Source: Mycobacterium leprae TN (GTDB taxonomy: Bacteria > Actinomycetota > Actinomycetes > Mycobacteriales > Mycobacteriaceae). Taken from it: DNA of 32,000 bases. Below are positions 20,137-30,769 of this stretch, one piece after another. A model generated the notes under the pieces. It saw only the letters and a program-made list of their open reading frames with translations. It did not search any database and was not told the DNA's origin. The stretch is taken from positions 1,530,001 to 1,562,000 of the forward strand of contig NC_002677.1 of assembly GCF_000195855.1 (NCBI RefSeq), in the 5' to 3' direction. The first letter of the stretch is position 1. Every line of letters begins with the position of its first letter. Made by a program: the position numbers and the translations under genes.

Positions 20137-21384
20137 ATGCTGTCGTGGTCTTTCGCACAGGTTCCGGCGTTGCCGGGCCGCGGCCCGGAGCTCAGGCTGT
20201 ACGACACCTCTGATCGACAGGTACGTCCGGTGTCCGCTGCTGTTGCGCCCACTTGCAAGGCGACCATGTACGTCTGCGGGATCACTCCGTATGACGCCAC
20301 TCATCTGGGCCACGCCGCAACCTATTTGGCATTCGACCTGATCCACCGACTATGGCTGGACTTGGGTCACGAGGTGCATTATGTGCAGAACGTCACCGAT
20401 GTTGACGATCCGTTGTTTGAACGCGCTGATCGTAACGGGGTCGATTGGCGCGACCTCGCCGAACGCGAGGTCGCGCTGTTCCGCGATGATATGGCATCGT
20501 TGCGGATACTGCCGCCGCATGACTACGTGGCGGCGACTGAAACGATTGTCGAGATCGTCGAACTAGTCGACAAGATGCTGGTTTCGGGGGCCGCGTATGT
20601 CATCGACGACGAGTACCCGGACATTTACTTCCGAGCTGATGCAACGCTGCAGTTCGGCTACGAGTCAGGCTATGACCGAGACACCATGCTACGATTGTAC
20701 GAGCAAAGCGGCGGTGATCCGCGCCGGCCTGGAAAAAACGGCGAGCTTGACGCATTGCTGTGGCGGGCTGCACGACCCGGCGAGCCCAGTTGGTCGTCAC
20801 CGTTCGGTCCGGGACGGCCGGGCTGGCACGTCGAATGCGCGGCAATTGCGCTCAGCCGTATCGGCATCGGCCTGGACATTCAGGGCGGGGGCAGCGACCT
20901 GATCTTTCCGCATCACGAGTTCACCGCGGCGCATGCTGAATGCGTCAGAGGTGAACGGCGATTCGCCCGGCACTACGTGCACGCTGGGATGATCGGCTGG
21001 GACGAACACAAGATGTCTAAGAGCCGCGGCAACCTGGTGCTGGTGTCGACGCTGCGCGCTCAAGGCGCCCCGCCCTCGGCTATCCGGCTGGGTCTGCTAG
21101 CCGGGCATTATCGTGCTGACAGGTTTTGGAGTTCGCAGCTGCTAGACGATGCTATCGCCCGGTTGCATCGCTGGCGCACCGCTGCCTCGATGCCCGCCGG
21201 TCCGGACGTCGCTGACGTTATTGCCCGGGTGCGCGGGTATTTGGCTGACGATCTTGACACTCCTAAAGCGATTGCTGCATTGGATGGTTGGGTAACCGAT
21301 GCGCTGGAGTACGGAGGCCACGATGCGGCGGCGCCAAAGTTGCTGGCAACCGCGATCGATGCGTTGCTGGGGGTGGACCTGTAA
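20137..21384 (+). CDS. mshC: L-cysteine:1D-myo-inositol 2-amino-2-deoxy-alpha-D-glucopyranoside ligase (MshC)
   Basis: Cysteinyl-tRNA-synthetase-like protein with [17 protein letters not shown] and HKMSKSRGN signatures. The in-frame ATG at 20137 yields 415 aa. Confidence 0.95.
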   Translation: MLSWSFAQVPALPGRGPELRLYDTSDRQVRPVSAAVAPTCKATMYVCGITPYDATHLGHAATYLAFDLIHRLWLDLGHEVHYVQNVTDVDDPLFERADRNGVDWRDLAEREVALFRDDMASLRILPPHDYVAATETIVEIVELVDKMLVSGAAYVIDDEYPDIYFRADATLQFGYESGYDRDTMLRLYEQSGGDPRRPGKNGELDALLWRAARPGEPSWSSPFGPGRPGWHVECAAIALSRIGIGLDIQGGGSDLIFPHHEFTAAHAECVRGERRFARHYVHAGMIGWDEHKMSKSRGNLVLVSTLRAQGAPPSAIRLGLLAGHYRADRFWSSQLLDDAIARLHRWRTAASMPAGPDVADVIARVRGYLADDLDTPKAIAALDGWVTDALEYGGHDAAAPKLLATAIDALLGVDL

Positions 21385-21419
21385 TGGTCGCAGAGGCAAA
21401 GTGCGGTTTTCGGCCACGA

Positions 21420-22090
21420 CATCGTTGCACGGCAAAGTCATGTTCATCACGGGTGGTGCCCAGGTGAATCGGCGCACAGCTGGCTTGTCGGCTACACGGT
21501 ATAAAGGCGCCAAACTTGCACTGATCGATCTGGACAAAGTCTAGTAGCTAGTTTACCGTGGTTGCTGAGGTGCGAGATCCGTGCGCCTTGCAAGCCACAT
21601 CCGAGCAGGTCATAAACGTTCCGGCGGTATTGACGTGGTGGTAGCCAACGCGGGTATAGCTAGCTACGGTTTTGTCCTGTGGGTCGACCCGGTGGTGTTC
21701 CAGTGAGTGTTAGATGTTAATTTATTTGGTGTTTTTATACACGGTGCGTGCCACATTGTCGGTGTTGATCGACCGCTGAAGTTATCTGCTGATAATCTCG
21801 TCGATGGCCGCCTTCACGAATGCCATCGGGGATGATGCCTTACAATGTGTCAAAAGGCAGGCAATGACATTTCGCCAACTCTGTGCGAATGGAGATTGGT
21901 CCGCTCAGTGTCGGCGTAGATACGGGCCCACATGTCGTAGATCGATACCCCGCTGGTTCGCGACACCGAGGACGACCTACCCGGCATTTGGCTAACTGCT
22001 TGCAGCACTACCCTGACCGTTCCGTTCCACAAGACCAGCACGGTGGATTGGTGCGCTACGGCGTTTGTTCTAGGGCACCGGAGGCCGGAA
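21420..22090 (+). pseudogene. Short-chain dehydrogenase/reductase pseudogene (Rv2129c-like)
   Basis: Collinear fragments in changing frames read GKVMFITGGAQ, GAKLALIDLDK, DVVVANAGIASYGFVL, LDVNLFGVF, LLIISSMAAFTNA, MPYNVSKAGND and NSVRMEIGPLSVGV. They carry the SDR Rossmann, NAG and YxxxK motifs. Confidence 0.85.
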
Positions 22091-22518
22091 GGACCACGTG
22101 TATGACCCGGGTTGGGGGTTTGTTCGGCTGGATCAAACCGGTTTTACCCACTCGGATAGGTAGATACTGCCCGTCCGAAAAATTTCTGCTGATCTGGTGT
22201 TGTACATGGATGCCGAGATTGTCGCGCTCGGTCGCTCCACCTTAGCGCATACAACTGGAGGACTTAGCGAAATCCTAAAGGTGCCCGTTCCGGGGCTCGA
22301 ACGGTTGTCAGGAAGGGGCGCGGAAAGCGAGCGCGGACCCCGATAACCGAGGTGAGCGCAGCCGCGGCATAACCAATCAGTGACCACCAGCTGGCGTGCC
22401 AGTATGCGGTAACCACGACGATAGTGATGGTTCAGAAGATCATGGCCATTCCGTACAGTGGTGACTGACTGGCGTATCGGTTGCGGACGATCAATCCAAC
22501 TCGTGCGAGAGTCAGTCG

Positions 22519-24015
22519 TCAGTCTGAGGATTTCACCGGTGGGTTGGCGATCGCCGGGAAAGGTCCGGTATAGCCCATTCTTTCACGGGCGATGGTCATC
22601 ACGCGCTTGCGTATTGAGTACCAGCCTGCAATCAAGGCTGGGACGATAACGATCAGTGACGCTACTGTCCAGGTGCCGATCGGTTTGTCGAACGCCATCA
22701 CAACCAGTACCGCGAACAAGAAGGCCAAAGTGAGGTAGCCACTGTATGGGGCCAGCGGCATGCGAAAGCGGGGTCGGCGCATGATCCCGGCTTTGGCCAT
22801 CTTGTGTAGTCGAAGCTGGCACAGTACGATTGTTCCCCACCCGGCGATGATGCCCAGTGCGGCGACGCTGAGCACGATCTCGAAGGCTTGACCGGGGTTG
22901 AAGGCGTTTAGTGCGACACCGCACAGGCAGATGACGGCGGCTAAAAGAATTCCGCCATATGGCACACCATTTTTCGACATTCGCGCGGTGAACTTCGGTC
23001 CGCTACCATTTATCGCGATCGAGTGCATGACACGGCCGGTTGCGTACAGTCCGGCGTTGAGGCTGGACAGCGCGGCGGTGAGCACTACGATGTTCATCAG
23101 ATCGCCGGCGCCGTAGAACCCAACCTTGGAGAAGAACGTGACGAACGGGCTTTCGCTGGCCTTGAATGCGCTGTAGGGCAGCAACAATGCCAGCAGAATC
23201 ACCGATCCGACGTAGAAGATCGCGATGCGAGCGATTACCGAGTTGATCGCTCGCGGCATGATTTTTTTCGGCTCGACGGTTTCACCTGCTGCGGTGCCGA
23301 CCAGTTCGACGGCAGCGTAGGCGAACATCACTCCGGAGCTGACAACTATTAGCTGCGCTACGCCGGTGGGGAACAATCCGCCGTGACTAGTCCAGAGGCT
23401 TAACCCAGTGTTGTGCCCGTCGACCGGGTAACGCCCGCCGAGGAAGATAGTTCCTACGACCAAAAATGCCATCAGCGCGCAAACCTTGATCAGCGCGGCC
23501 CAAAATTCGAGCTCGCCGAACCATTCCACGGAGATCAGGTTCATTACCAACACCACCGCCAGGGCGAGCAGCGCAAGAGTCCATTGTGGCAACGCCGTGA
23601 AGATTGTCCAGCGATGCAGGTAGGTGGCGATGGCAGTGGTGTCCACGATCGCTGTCATCGCCCAGTCCAGGAAGTACAACCAGCCGACGACGTAGGCGGC
23701 TTTCTCGCCGAAGAACTCACGTGCGTAAGACACGAAGGATCCCGATGAAGGACGATGCAGCACCAGCTCGCCCAGTGCGCGCAGTATCAGGAAGACGAAC
23801 ACCCCGCAGACGGCATACACCAGGAACAATCCGGGCCCGGCCTTGGCCAGCCGGCCGCCGGCGCCGAGGAACAACCCGGTACCGATCGCGCCGCCGATCC
23901 CGATCATCTGCAGTTGTCGAGGTTTGAGCCCCTTGTGGTAACCAGCCTCCTCGCCGAGGACACCAGCTCTCGACGCGCCGGATTTTGGTTCGGGGCTCTC
24001 AGCCAGTGTGGCCAT
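22519..24015 (-). CDS. ansP1: L-asparagine/amino-acid permease, AnsP1-type (copy 1)
   Basis: 498-aa APC-family ORF: [48 protein letters not shown]. The ORF is intact, with C-terminus ...NPPVKSSD. Confidence 0.93.
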   Translation of the reverse strand: MATLAESPEPKSGASRAGVLGEEAGYHKGLKPRQLQMIGIGGAIGTGLFLGAGGRLAKAGPGLFLVYAVCGVFVFLILRALGELVLHRPSSGSFVSYAREFFGEKAAYVVGWLYFLDWAMTAIVDTTAIATYLHRWTIFTALPQWTLALLALAVVLVMNLISVEWFGELEFWAALIKVCALMAFLVVGTIFLGGRYPVDGHNTGLSLWTSHGGLFPTGVAQLIVVSSGVMFAYAAVELVGTAAGETVEPKKIMPRAINSVIARIAIFYVGSVILLALLLPYSAFKASESPFVTFFSKVGFYGAGDLMNIVVLTAALSSLNAGLYATGRVMHSIAINGSGPKFTARMSKNGVPYGGILLAAVICLCGVALNAFNPGQAFEIVLSVAALGIIAGWGTIVLCQLRLHKMAKAGIMRRPRFRMPLAPYSGYLTLAFLFAVLVVMAFDKPIGTWTVASLIVIVPALIAGWYSIRKRVMTIARERMGYTGPFPAIANPPVKSSD

Positions 24016-24084
24016 ACATGGGGTCCTAATCGTTGTCCTACCGGAGTTCGGTGGGCTTGCCGCGAATCGTGAAGACAGGGTTAG
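22534..24084. repeat. 1,551-bp direct repeat, copy A (whole ansP1 ORF plus 69 bp upstream)
   Basis: Sequence from caccggtgggttggcg... to ...cgtgaagacagggttag recurs 1,667 bp downstream with no length change. All embedded spurious ORFs recur at exactly +1667. Confidence 0.95.
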
Positions 24085-24164
24085 TGTGCAATTTGGTCGT
24101 GAGGTTGTACTGATTTCTTAGGTTAGGGGAACTCGACCGCAATAGGCCTAGTAACTGTGTTGAT

Positions 24165-25682
24165 CTACGGATTCTGGCTATGGGATCGTTCTGATGGTTG
24201 CACCGGTGGGTTGGCGATCGCCGGGAAAGGTCCGGTATAGCCCATTCTTTCACGGGCGATGGTCATCACGCGCTTGCGTATTGAGTACCAGCCTGCAATC
24301 AAGGCTGGGACGATAACGATCAGTGACGCTACTGTCCAGGTGCCGATCGGTTTGTCGAACGCCATCACAACCAGTACCGCGAACAAGAAGGCCAAAGTGA
24401 GGTAGCCACTGTATGGGGCCAGCGGCATGCGAAAGCGGGGTCGGCGCATGATCCCGGCTTTGGCCATCTTGTGTAGTCGAAGCTGGCACAGTACGATTGT
24501 TCCCCACCCGGCGATGATGCCCAGTGCGGCGACGCTGAGCACGATCTCGAAGGCTTGACCGGGGTTGAAGGCGTTTAGTGCGACACCGCACAGGCAGATG
24601 ACGGCGGCTAAAAGAATTCCGCCATATGGCACACCATTTTTCGACATTCGCGCGGTGAACTTCGGTCCGCTACCATTTATCGCGATCGAGTGCATGACAC
24701 GGCCGGTTGCGTACAGTCCGGCGTTGAGGCTGGACAGCGCGGCGGTGAGCACTACGATGTTCATCAGATCGCCGGCGCCGTAGAACCCAACCTTGGAGAA
24801 GAACGTGACGAACGGGCTTTCGCTGGCCTTGAATGCGCTGTAGGGCAGCAACAATGCCAGCAGAATCACCGATCCGACGTAGAAGATCGCGATGCGAGCG
24901 ATTACCGAGTTGATCGCTCGCGGCATGATTTTTTTCGGCTCGACGGTTTCACCTGCTGCGGTGCCGACCAGTTCGACGGCAGCGTAGGCGAACATCACTC
25001 CGGAGCTGACAACTATTAGCGGCGCTACGCCGGTGGGGAACAATCCGCCGTGACTAGTCCAGAGGCTTAACCCAGTGTTGTGCCCGTCGACCGGGTAACG
25101 CCCGCCGAGGAAGATAGTTCCTACGACCAAAAATGCCATCAGCGCGCAAACCTTGATCAGCGCGGCCCAAAATTCGAGCTCGCCGAACCATTCCACGGAG
25201 ATCAGGTTCATTACCAACACCACCGCCAGGGCGAGCAGCGCAAGAGTCCATTGTGGCAACGCCGTGAAGATTGTCCAGCGATGCAGGTAGGTGGCGATGG
25301 CAGTGGTGTCCACGATCGCTGTCATCGCCCAGTCCAGGAAGTACAACCAGCCGACGACGTAGGCGGCTTTCTCGCCGAAGAACTCACGTGCGTAAGACAC
25401 GAAGGATCCCGATGAAGGACGATGCAGCACCAGCTCGCCCAGTGCGCGCAGTATCAGGAAGACGAACACCCCGCAGACGGCATACACCAGGAACAATCCG
25501 GGCCCGGCCTTGGCCAGCCGGCCGCCGGCGCCGAGGAACAACCCGGTACCGATCGCGCCGCCGATCCCGATCATCTGCAGTTGTCGAGGTTTGAGCCCCT
25601 TGTGGTAACCAGCCTCCTCGCCGAGGACACCAGCTCTCGACGCGCCGGATTTTGGTTCGGGGCTCTCAGCCAGTGTGGCCAT
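24165..25682 (-). CDS. ansP1: L-asparagine/amino-acid permease, AnsP1-type (copy 2)
   Basis: 505-aa ORF identical to copy 1 by inspection, except Gln->Pro in FPTGVA[Q/P]LIVVSS and a different C-terminal tail ([15 protein letters not shown]). Confidence 0.93.
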   Translation of the reverse strand: MATLAESPEPKSGASRAGVLGEEAGYHKGLKPRQLQMIGIGGAIGTGLFLGAGGRLAKAGPGLFLVYAVCGVFVFLILRALGELVLHRPSSGSFVSYAREFFGEKAAYVVGWLYFLDWAMTAIVDTTAIATYLHRWTIFTALPQWTLALLALAVVLVMNLISVEWFGELEFWAALIKVCALMAFLVVGTIFLGGRYPVDGHNTGLSLWTSHGGLFPTGVAPLIVVSSGVMFAYAAVELVGTAAGETVEPKKIMPRAINSVIARIAIFYVGSVILLALLLPYSAFKASESPFVTFFSKVGFYGAGDLMNIVVLTAALSSLNAGLYATGRVMHSIAINGSGPKFTARMSKNGVPYGGILLAAVICLCGVALNAFNPGQAFEIVLSVAALGIIAGWGTIVLCQLRLHKMAKAGIMRRPRFRMPLAPYSGYLTLAFLFAVLVVMAFDKPIGTWTVASLIVIVPALIAGWYSIRKRVMTIARERMGYTGPFPAIANPPVQPSERSHSQNP

Positions 25683-25751
25683 ACATGGGGTCCTAATCGT
25701 TGTCCTACCGGAGTTCGGTGGGCTTGCCGCGAATCGTGAAGACAGGGTTAG
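24201..25751. repeat. 1,551-bp direct repeat, copy B
   Basis: Same as copy A at offset +1667. The two copies are separated by a 116-bp unique spacer (24085-24200). Confidence 0.95.
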
Positions 25752-25818
25752 CTAGCGATCTTTTCCTACTCAAACGGATGACGGCAAATTGTGCGGACAC
25801 CATGGTCTCAGCCAGTGC

Positions 25819-26772
25819 CTACCGCCCGAATCCCGGGCGCCGCCTACGTAGATAGCGTTCGAACTCGGCTGCCAGCGCGTCGCCATCGATCTTGCCCAAC
25901 GCATCATTTACATCGACCTCGGCGTCGCCGCGCTGCTCCAGTGAATGCACGTATTCGGCCAGCTCATCGTCCTCGGCAGCTATCTCGGTGATTGCCTGTT
26001 CCCAGTCCTCGGCTTGCGTCGGCAGATCAGCTAACGGGACTTCGACGTCGAGCACGTCTTCTACGCGGCGCAGCAGCGCGACTGTCGCTTTCGGGTTGGG
26101 TGGGTGCGACACATAGTGGGGCACCGCTGCCCAGAACATCACCGCCGGTATCCTGGCCGCTACGCAGGCGTCTTGGAACACCCCGGCGATCCCTGTAGGG
26201 CCCTCGTAACGGGTTTCCTCCAGACCGAAGCGCCGCGCCGACTCCGGTGAGTAGGCCGCACCCGAGACTGGCACCGGCCGAGTATGCGGGGTGTCGGCCA
26301 GCAACGCTCCGAGAATCACGACAGTGTCGACGTTGAGCCTGTCCGCGATGGTCAGCAACTCAGTGCAGAAGGTGCGCCAGCGCATGTTTGGCTCTACTCC
26401 GTGCATCAACACCACATTGCGGTCACTGCCCGGTGGGCGACAGTATGAGATCCGCATCGCTGGCCACACCAGCTCCCGAGTAACTCCATCGACCTGGCGG
26501 ATGACCGGGCGATTCACTTGGTAGTCGTAGTAGGCCTCGTCGTCGATCTCCACAATCGGATCGGCTTCCCAGACGGCATTCAGATGCTCTAGGGCTCCGC
26601 TGGCCGCATCGCTGGCATCGTTCCAACCCTCAAACGCTGCCACGACAACGGTGTTGTGCAGTTCGGGCAGCGCGCCACGATCCGGCCCACCATCTCGCAA
26701 AGTCACAGAATCAGCGTACGGCTTTAAGGCTGACGACGATGCGTGTCGTGTAACGGCTCGATGAGGGGGCAC
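25819..26772 (-). CDS. PAC2 family protein (proteasome assembly chaperone-like, Rv2125)
   Basis: 317-aa ORF with VVVAAFEGWNDASDAASGALEHL, VILGALLADTPHTRPV and YEGPTGIAGVFQDACVAARIPAVMFWAAVPHYV, typical of the actinobacterial PAC2 family. Confidence 0.92.
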   Translation of the reverse strand: MPPHRAVTRHASSSALKPYADSVTLRDGGPDRGALPELHNTVVVAAFEGWNDASDAASGALEHLNAVWEADPIVEIDDEAYYDYQVNRPVIRQVDGVTRELVWPAMRISYCRPPGSDRNVVLMHGVEPNMRWRTFCTELLTIADRLNVDTVVILGALLADTPHTRPVPVSGAAYSPESARRFGLEETRYEGPTGIAGVFQDACVAARIPAVMFWAAVPHYVSHPPNPKATVALLRRVEDVLDVEVPLADLPTQAEDWEQAITEIAAEDDELAEYVHSLEQRGDAEVDVNDALGKIDGDALAAEFERYLRRRRPGFGR

Positions 26773-26850
26773 TTCACCGTACGTACGAGGTACTGCGGGG
26801 CAGTATTAGGTAACTAAGCGATTTGTATAGGTCCACTATCCTTATGCCTT

Positions 26851-29800
26851 ATGCGTGTAACTGCCGCTAACCAACATCAGTACGACACCGATCTCCTCGA
26901 GACTTTGGCGCAGCGTGTGATGGTGGGTGACGGCGCAATGGGTACTCAGCTCCAGGACGCGGAACTTACGTTAGATGATTTCCGCGGCCTGGAGGGCTGC
27001 AACGAGATTCTCAACGAAACGCGTCCTGACGTGCTGGAAACCATCCACCGACGCTACTTCGAGGCAGGTGCGGACCTCGTCGAGACCAACACTTTCGGCT
27101 GCAACCTGTCCAACCTTGGTGACTACGACATCGCCGACAAGATCAGGGACTTGTCGCAGCGGGGCACCGTGATTGCGCGACGGGTCGCCGACGAGCTGAC
27201 CACCCCCGACCACAAGCGATACGTGCTGGGGTCGATGGGACCAGGCACCAAGTTGCCCACCCTGGGCCACACCGAGTACCGGGTCGTTCGAGACGCCTAC
27301 ACCGAGTCGGCGTTAGGCATGCTGGACGGTGGCGCTGACGCCGTACTGGTTGAAACCTGTCAGGACTTGCTGCAGCTCAAGGCTGCGGTGCTGGGCTCGC
27401 GGCGCGCGATGACACAGGCCGGTCGGCACATTCCGGTCTTCGTCCACGTGACTGTCGAGACGACCGGAACGATGCTGCTGGGAAGTGAGATCGGCGCTGC
27501 ACTGGCTGCCGTCGAGCCGCTCGGTGTCGACATGATCGGTTTGAACTGCGCAACGGGCCCCGCTGAGATGAGTGAGCATCTGCGGCACTTGTCCAAGCAT
27601 GCCCGCATCCCGGTGTCGGTGATGCCCAACGCCGGGCTGCCGGTGCTGGGTGCCAAGGGAGCTGAATACCCGCTGCAGCCCGACGAATTGGCCGAAGCTT
27701 TGGCTGGGTTCATCGCTGAATTTGGTCTTTCGTTGGTAGGTGGCTGCTGTGGTACCACCCCGGACCACATCCGGGAAGTGGCCGCAGCGGTAGCCAGATG
27801 CAACGACGGGACAGTGCCACGCGGTGAGCGTCATGTGACCTATGAGCCGTCGGTATCGTCGCTGTATACAGCCATTCCATTCGCCCAAAAACCCTCGGTT
27901 CTGATGATCGGTGAGCGTACGAATGCCAACGGCTCCAAGGTTTTTCGTGAGGCAATGATCGCCGAGGACTATCAAAAGTGTCTAGATATCGCCAAGGACC
28001 AAACCCGTGGCGGCGCACACCTGCTGGATCTGTGTGTCGATTACGTCGGCCGCAACGGTGTGGCCGACATGAAGGCGTTGGCCGGTCGGCTTGCAACGGT
28101 GTCGACATTGCCGATCATGCTGGACTCTACCGAAATACCGGTGCTGCAGGCAGGTTTGGAGCACCTGGGCGGGCGCTGCGTGATCAATTCCGTCAACTAC
28201 GAGGACGGTGACGGTCCCGAGTCACGGTTTGTCAAGACCATGGAGCTGGTCGCCGAGCACGGAGCGGCGGTGGTTGCGCTGACCATCGACGAACAGGGTC
28301 AGGCCCGCACCGTTGAGAAGAAGGTCGAAGTCGCGGAGCGGCTTATCAATGACATTACGAGTAACTGGGGCGTTGATAAATCGGCGATTCTCATCGATTG
28401 CTTGACTTTTACTATTGCCACTGGCCAGGAGGAGTCACGCAAAGACGGCATTGAGACCATCGACGCGATTCGTGAGCTGAAGAAGCGGCACCCAGCGGTG
28501 CAGACTACGCTGGGGTTGTCCAACATCTCCTTCGGTCTCAATCCTTCTGCACGCCAAGTTCTTAACTCTGTTTTTCTACATGAATGTCAGGAAGCAGGAC
28601 TGGATTCGGCGATTGTGCACGCTTCAAAGATATTGCCCATCAACCGGATACCCGAAGAACAGCGCCAGGCTGCGCTGGATCTAGTGTATGACCGCCGTCG
28701 CGAAGGCTACGACCCATTGCAGAAGCTGATGTGGTTATTCAAAGGTGTGTCGTCGCCATCGTCGAAGGAAACACGGGAGGCAGAACTCGCTAAGCTGCCG
28801 TTGTTCGACCGGTTAGCACAGCGGATCGTCGACGGCGAGCGCAACGGGTTAGATGTTGATCTCGACGAGGCAATGACCCAGAAACCGCCGTTGGCGATCA
28901 TCAACGAGAACCTGCTGGACGGCATGAAGACAGTCGGTGAATTGTTCGGCTCTGGGCAGATGCAGCTGCCTTTCGTGTTGCAGTCGGCCGAGGTTATGAA
29001 AGCAGCGGTGGCTTATCTAGAACCGCACATGGAGAAATCCGACTGTGACTTCGGTAAGGGGTTAGCCAAAGGACGGATTGTGCTGGCTACCGTCAAAGGA
29101 GATGTGCACGATATTGGCAAAAACCTCGTCGATATCATTCTGAGCAACAACGGCTACGAAGTGGTAAACCTCGGCATCAAGCAGCCGATTACCAACATTC
29201 TCGAGGTGGCCGAGGACAAAAGCGCCGACGTAGTCGGGATGTCGGGCTTGCTGGTGAAATCGACTGTGATCATGAAGGAAAACCTCGAGGAGATGAACAC
29301 TCGCGGAGTCGCTGAGAAATTCCCAGTGCTGCTCGGCGGCGCGGCGTTGACCCGCAGCTATGTGGAAAACGACCTGGCCGAAGTCTATGAGGGCGAAGTG
29401 CATTACGCACGAGACGCTTTCGAGGGTTTGAAGTTGATGGACACCATTATGAGCGCCAAGCGCGGCGAGGCGCTTGCGCCGGGGAGCCCGGAGTCCTTAG
29501 CTGCAGAAGCAGACCGCAATAAGGAAACTGAGCGCAAGGCACGTCATGAGCGGTCCAAACGCATTGCAGTGCAGCGTAAGGCTGCCGAAGAGCCAGTTGA
29601 GGTTCCCGAACGCTCCGATGTTCCGAGTGATGTCGAGGTTCCGGCGCCGCCGTTCTGGGGTTCGCGGATCATCAAGGGTCTGGCGGTGGCCGACTATACC
29701 GGGTTCCTCGACGAGCGCGCGTTGTTCTTGGGTCAGTGGGGATTACGTGGTGTGCGCGGCGGTGCGGGGCCCTCGTACGAGGATTTGGTGCAGACCGAGG

Positions 29801-30471
29801 GCCGGCCGCGGTTGCGCTACTGGCTAGACCGATTGTCCACCTACGGCGTCTTGGCGTACGCCGCCGTGGTGTACGGTTACTTCCCGGCGGTGTCCGAAGA
29901 CAACGATATTGTCGTGCTCGCTGAGCCGAGACCGGACGCCGAGCAGCGGTACCGGTTCACCTTCCCGCGTCAGCAACGCGGTCGGTTCCTGTGCATTGCC
30001 GATTTTATTCGATCCCGGGATCTGGCGACCGAGCGGAGTGAGGTGGATGTTTTGCCGTTCCAGCTGGTGACCATGGGTCAACCCATTGCTGACTTCGTTG
30101 GCGAGTTGTTCGTGTCCAATTCCTATCGTGATTATCTTGAAGTGCATGGCATCGGTGTGCAGCTAACCGAGGCGCTGGCCGAATACTGGCACCGGCGCAT
30201 TCGTGAAGAGCTGAAATTCTCCGGAAACCGGACGATGTCGGCTGACGATCCCGAGGCCGTCGAGGACTATTTCAAGCTCGGCTACCGAGGTGCCCGCTTC
30301 GCGTTCGGGTATGGAGCATGCCCGGACCTGGAGGACCGGATCAAGATGATGGAGCTGCTTCAACCCGAACGCATCGGTGTAACGATATCTGAAGAGTTGC
30401 AGTTACATCCCGAGCAATCGACTGATGCGTTCGTGCTGCACCATCCGGCGGCTAAGTACTTCAACGTCTGA
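26851..30471 (+). CDS. metH: Cobalamin-dependent methionine synthase MetH
   Basis: 1206-aa ORF with homocysteine-binding (VGDGAMGTQLQ, GGCCGTTPDHI), pterin-binding (IGERTNANGSK, MLDSTE), cobalamin-binding (DVHDIGKNLVDIILSNNGYEVVNLG, GMSGLLVKST) and activation-domain (GYRGARFAFGYGACPDLEDR) motifs. Confidence 0.98.
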   Translation: MRVTAANQHQYDTDLLETLAQRVMVGDGAMGTQLQDAELTLDDFRGLEGCNEILNETRPDVLETIHRRYFEAGADLVETNTFGCNLSNLGDYDIADKIRDLSQRGTVIARRVADELTTPDHKRYVLGSMGPGTKLPTLGHTEYRVVRDAYTESALGMLDGGADAVLVETCQDLLQLKAAVLGSRRAMTQAGRHIPVFVHVTVETTGTMLLGSEIGAALAAVEPLGVDMIGLNCATGPAEMSEHLRHLSKHARIPVSVMPNAGLPVLGAKGAEYPLQPDELAEALAGFIAEFGLSLVGGCCGTTPDHIREVAAAVARCNDGTVPRGERHVTYEPSVSSLYTAIPFAQKPSVLMIGERTNANGSKVFREAMIAEDYQKCLDIAKDQTRGGAHLLDLCVDYVGRNGVADMKALAGRLATVSTLPIMLDSTEIPVLQAGLEHLGGRCVINSVNYEDGDGPESRFVKTMELVAEHGAAVVALTIDEQGQARTVEKKVEVAERLINDITSNWGVDKSAILIDCLTFTIATGQEESRKDGIETIDAIRELKKRHPAVQTTLGLSNISFGLNPSARQVLNSVFLHECQEAGLDSAIVHASKILPINRIPEEQRQAALDLVYDRRREGYDPLQKLMWLFKGVSSPSSKETREAELAKLPLFDRLAQRIVDGERNGLDVDLDEAMTQKPPLAIINENLLDGMKTVGELFGSGQMQLPFVLQSAEVMKAAVAYLEPHMEKSDCDFGKGLAKGRIVLATVKGDVHDIGKNLVDIILSNNGYEVVNLGIKQPITNILEVAEDKSADVVGMSGLLVKSTVIMKENLEEMNTRGVAEKFPVLLGGAALTRSYVENDLAEVYEGEVHYARDAFEGLKLMDTIMSAKRGEALAPGSPESLAAEADRNKETERKARHERSKRIAVQRKAAEEPVEVPERSDVPSDVEVPAPPFWGSRIIKGLAVADYTGFLDERALFLGQWGLRGVRGGAGPSYEDLVQTEGRPRLRYWLDRLSTYGVLAYAAVVYGYFPAVSEDNDIVVLAEPRPDAEQRYRFTFPRQQRGRFLCIADFIRSRDLATERSEVDVLPFQLVTMGQPIADFVGELFVSNSYRDYLEVHGIGVQLTEALAEYWHRRIREELKFSGNRTMSADDPEAVEDYFKLGYRGARFAFGYGACPDLEDRIKMMELLQPERIGVTISEELQLHPEQSTDAFVLHHPAAKYFNV

Positions 30472-30769
30472 GGGCTACCTCGACTCGTCAGCCTTTCAGG
30501 TGTGCTGCAGCATTGGCTCCTGGGAAGTTTCACCTATATGGAATTTTCCCAACAGAAAGACTCCTTTAGCTTGGTTGACAGCAGAATTCGTGAGGGGTAC
30601 GGCAAATCCGAACAGTTCGATACCGTGGTCGGTGCCGAGGCTCTGCTCGGCTATTCCCTAGGCTGATGCGGTCATGCGTCTGTTGTCTGTGAGGAATTCG
30701 AATCGGTACCGTTGACAACGTAATCGCCTTGAGTAGAGCCTACTCCCGGATGCGGGGGGAGAGACGTCG

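Noticed and set aside
22583-23927. Plus-strand and alternative-frame ORFs repeated within both ansP1 copies
   Set aside because: They recur at +1667 only because the underlying DNA is duplicated. They are shadow ORFs of the permease genes.
26773-26850. Possible cobalamin riboswitch upstream of metH
   Set aside because: The intergenic region is only 78 bp and no B12-box-like sequence or extended structure was evident.
27313-27975. 220-aa ORF antisense to metH, plus many other overlapping ORFs within metH, pyrD, mshC and pdtaR
   Set aside because: The sense strand encodes unequivocal conserved proteins. These are shadow ORFs of GC-rich coding DNA.
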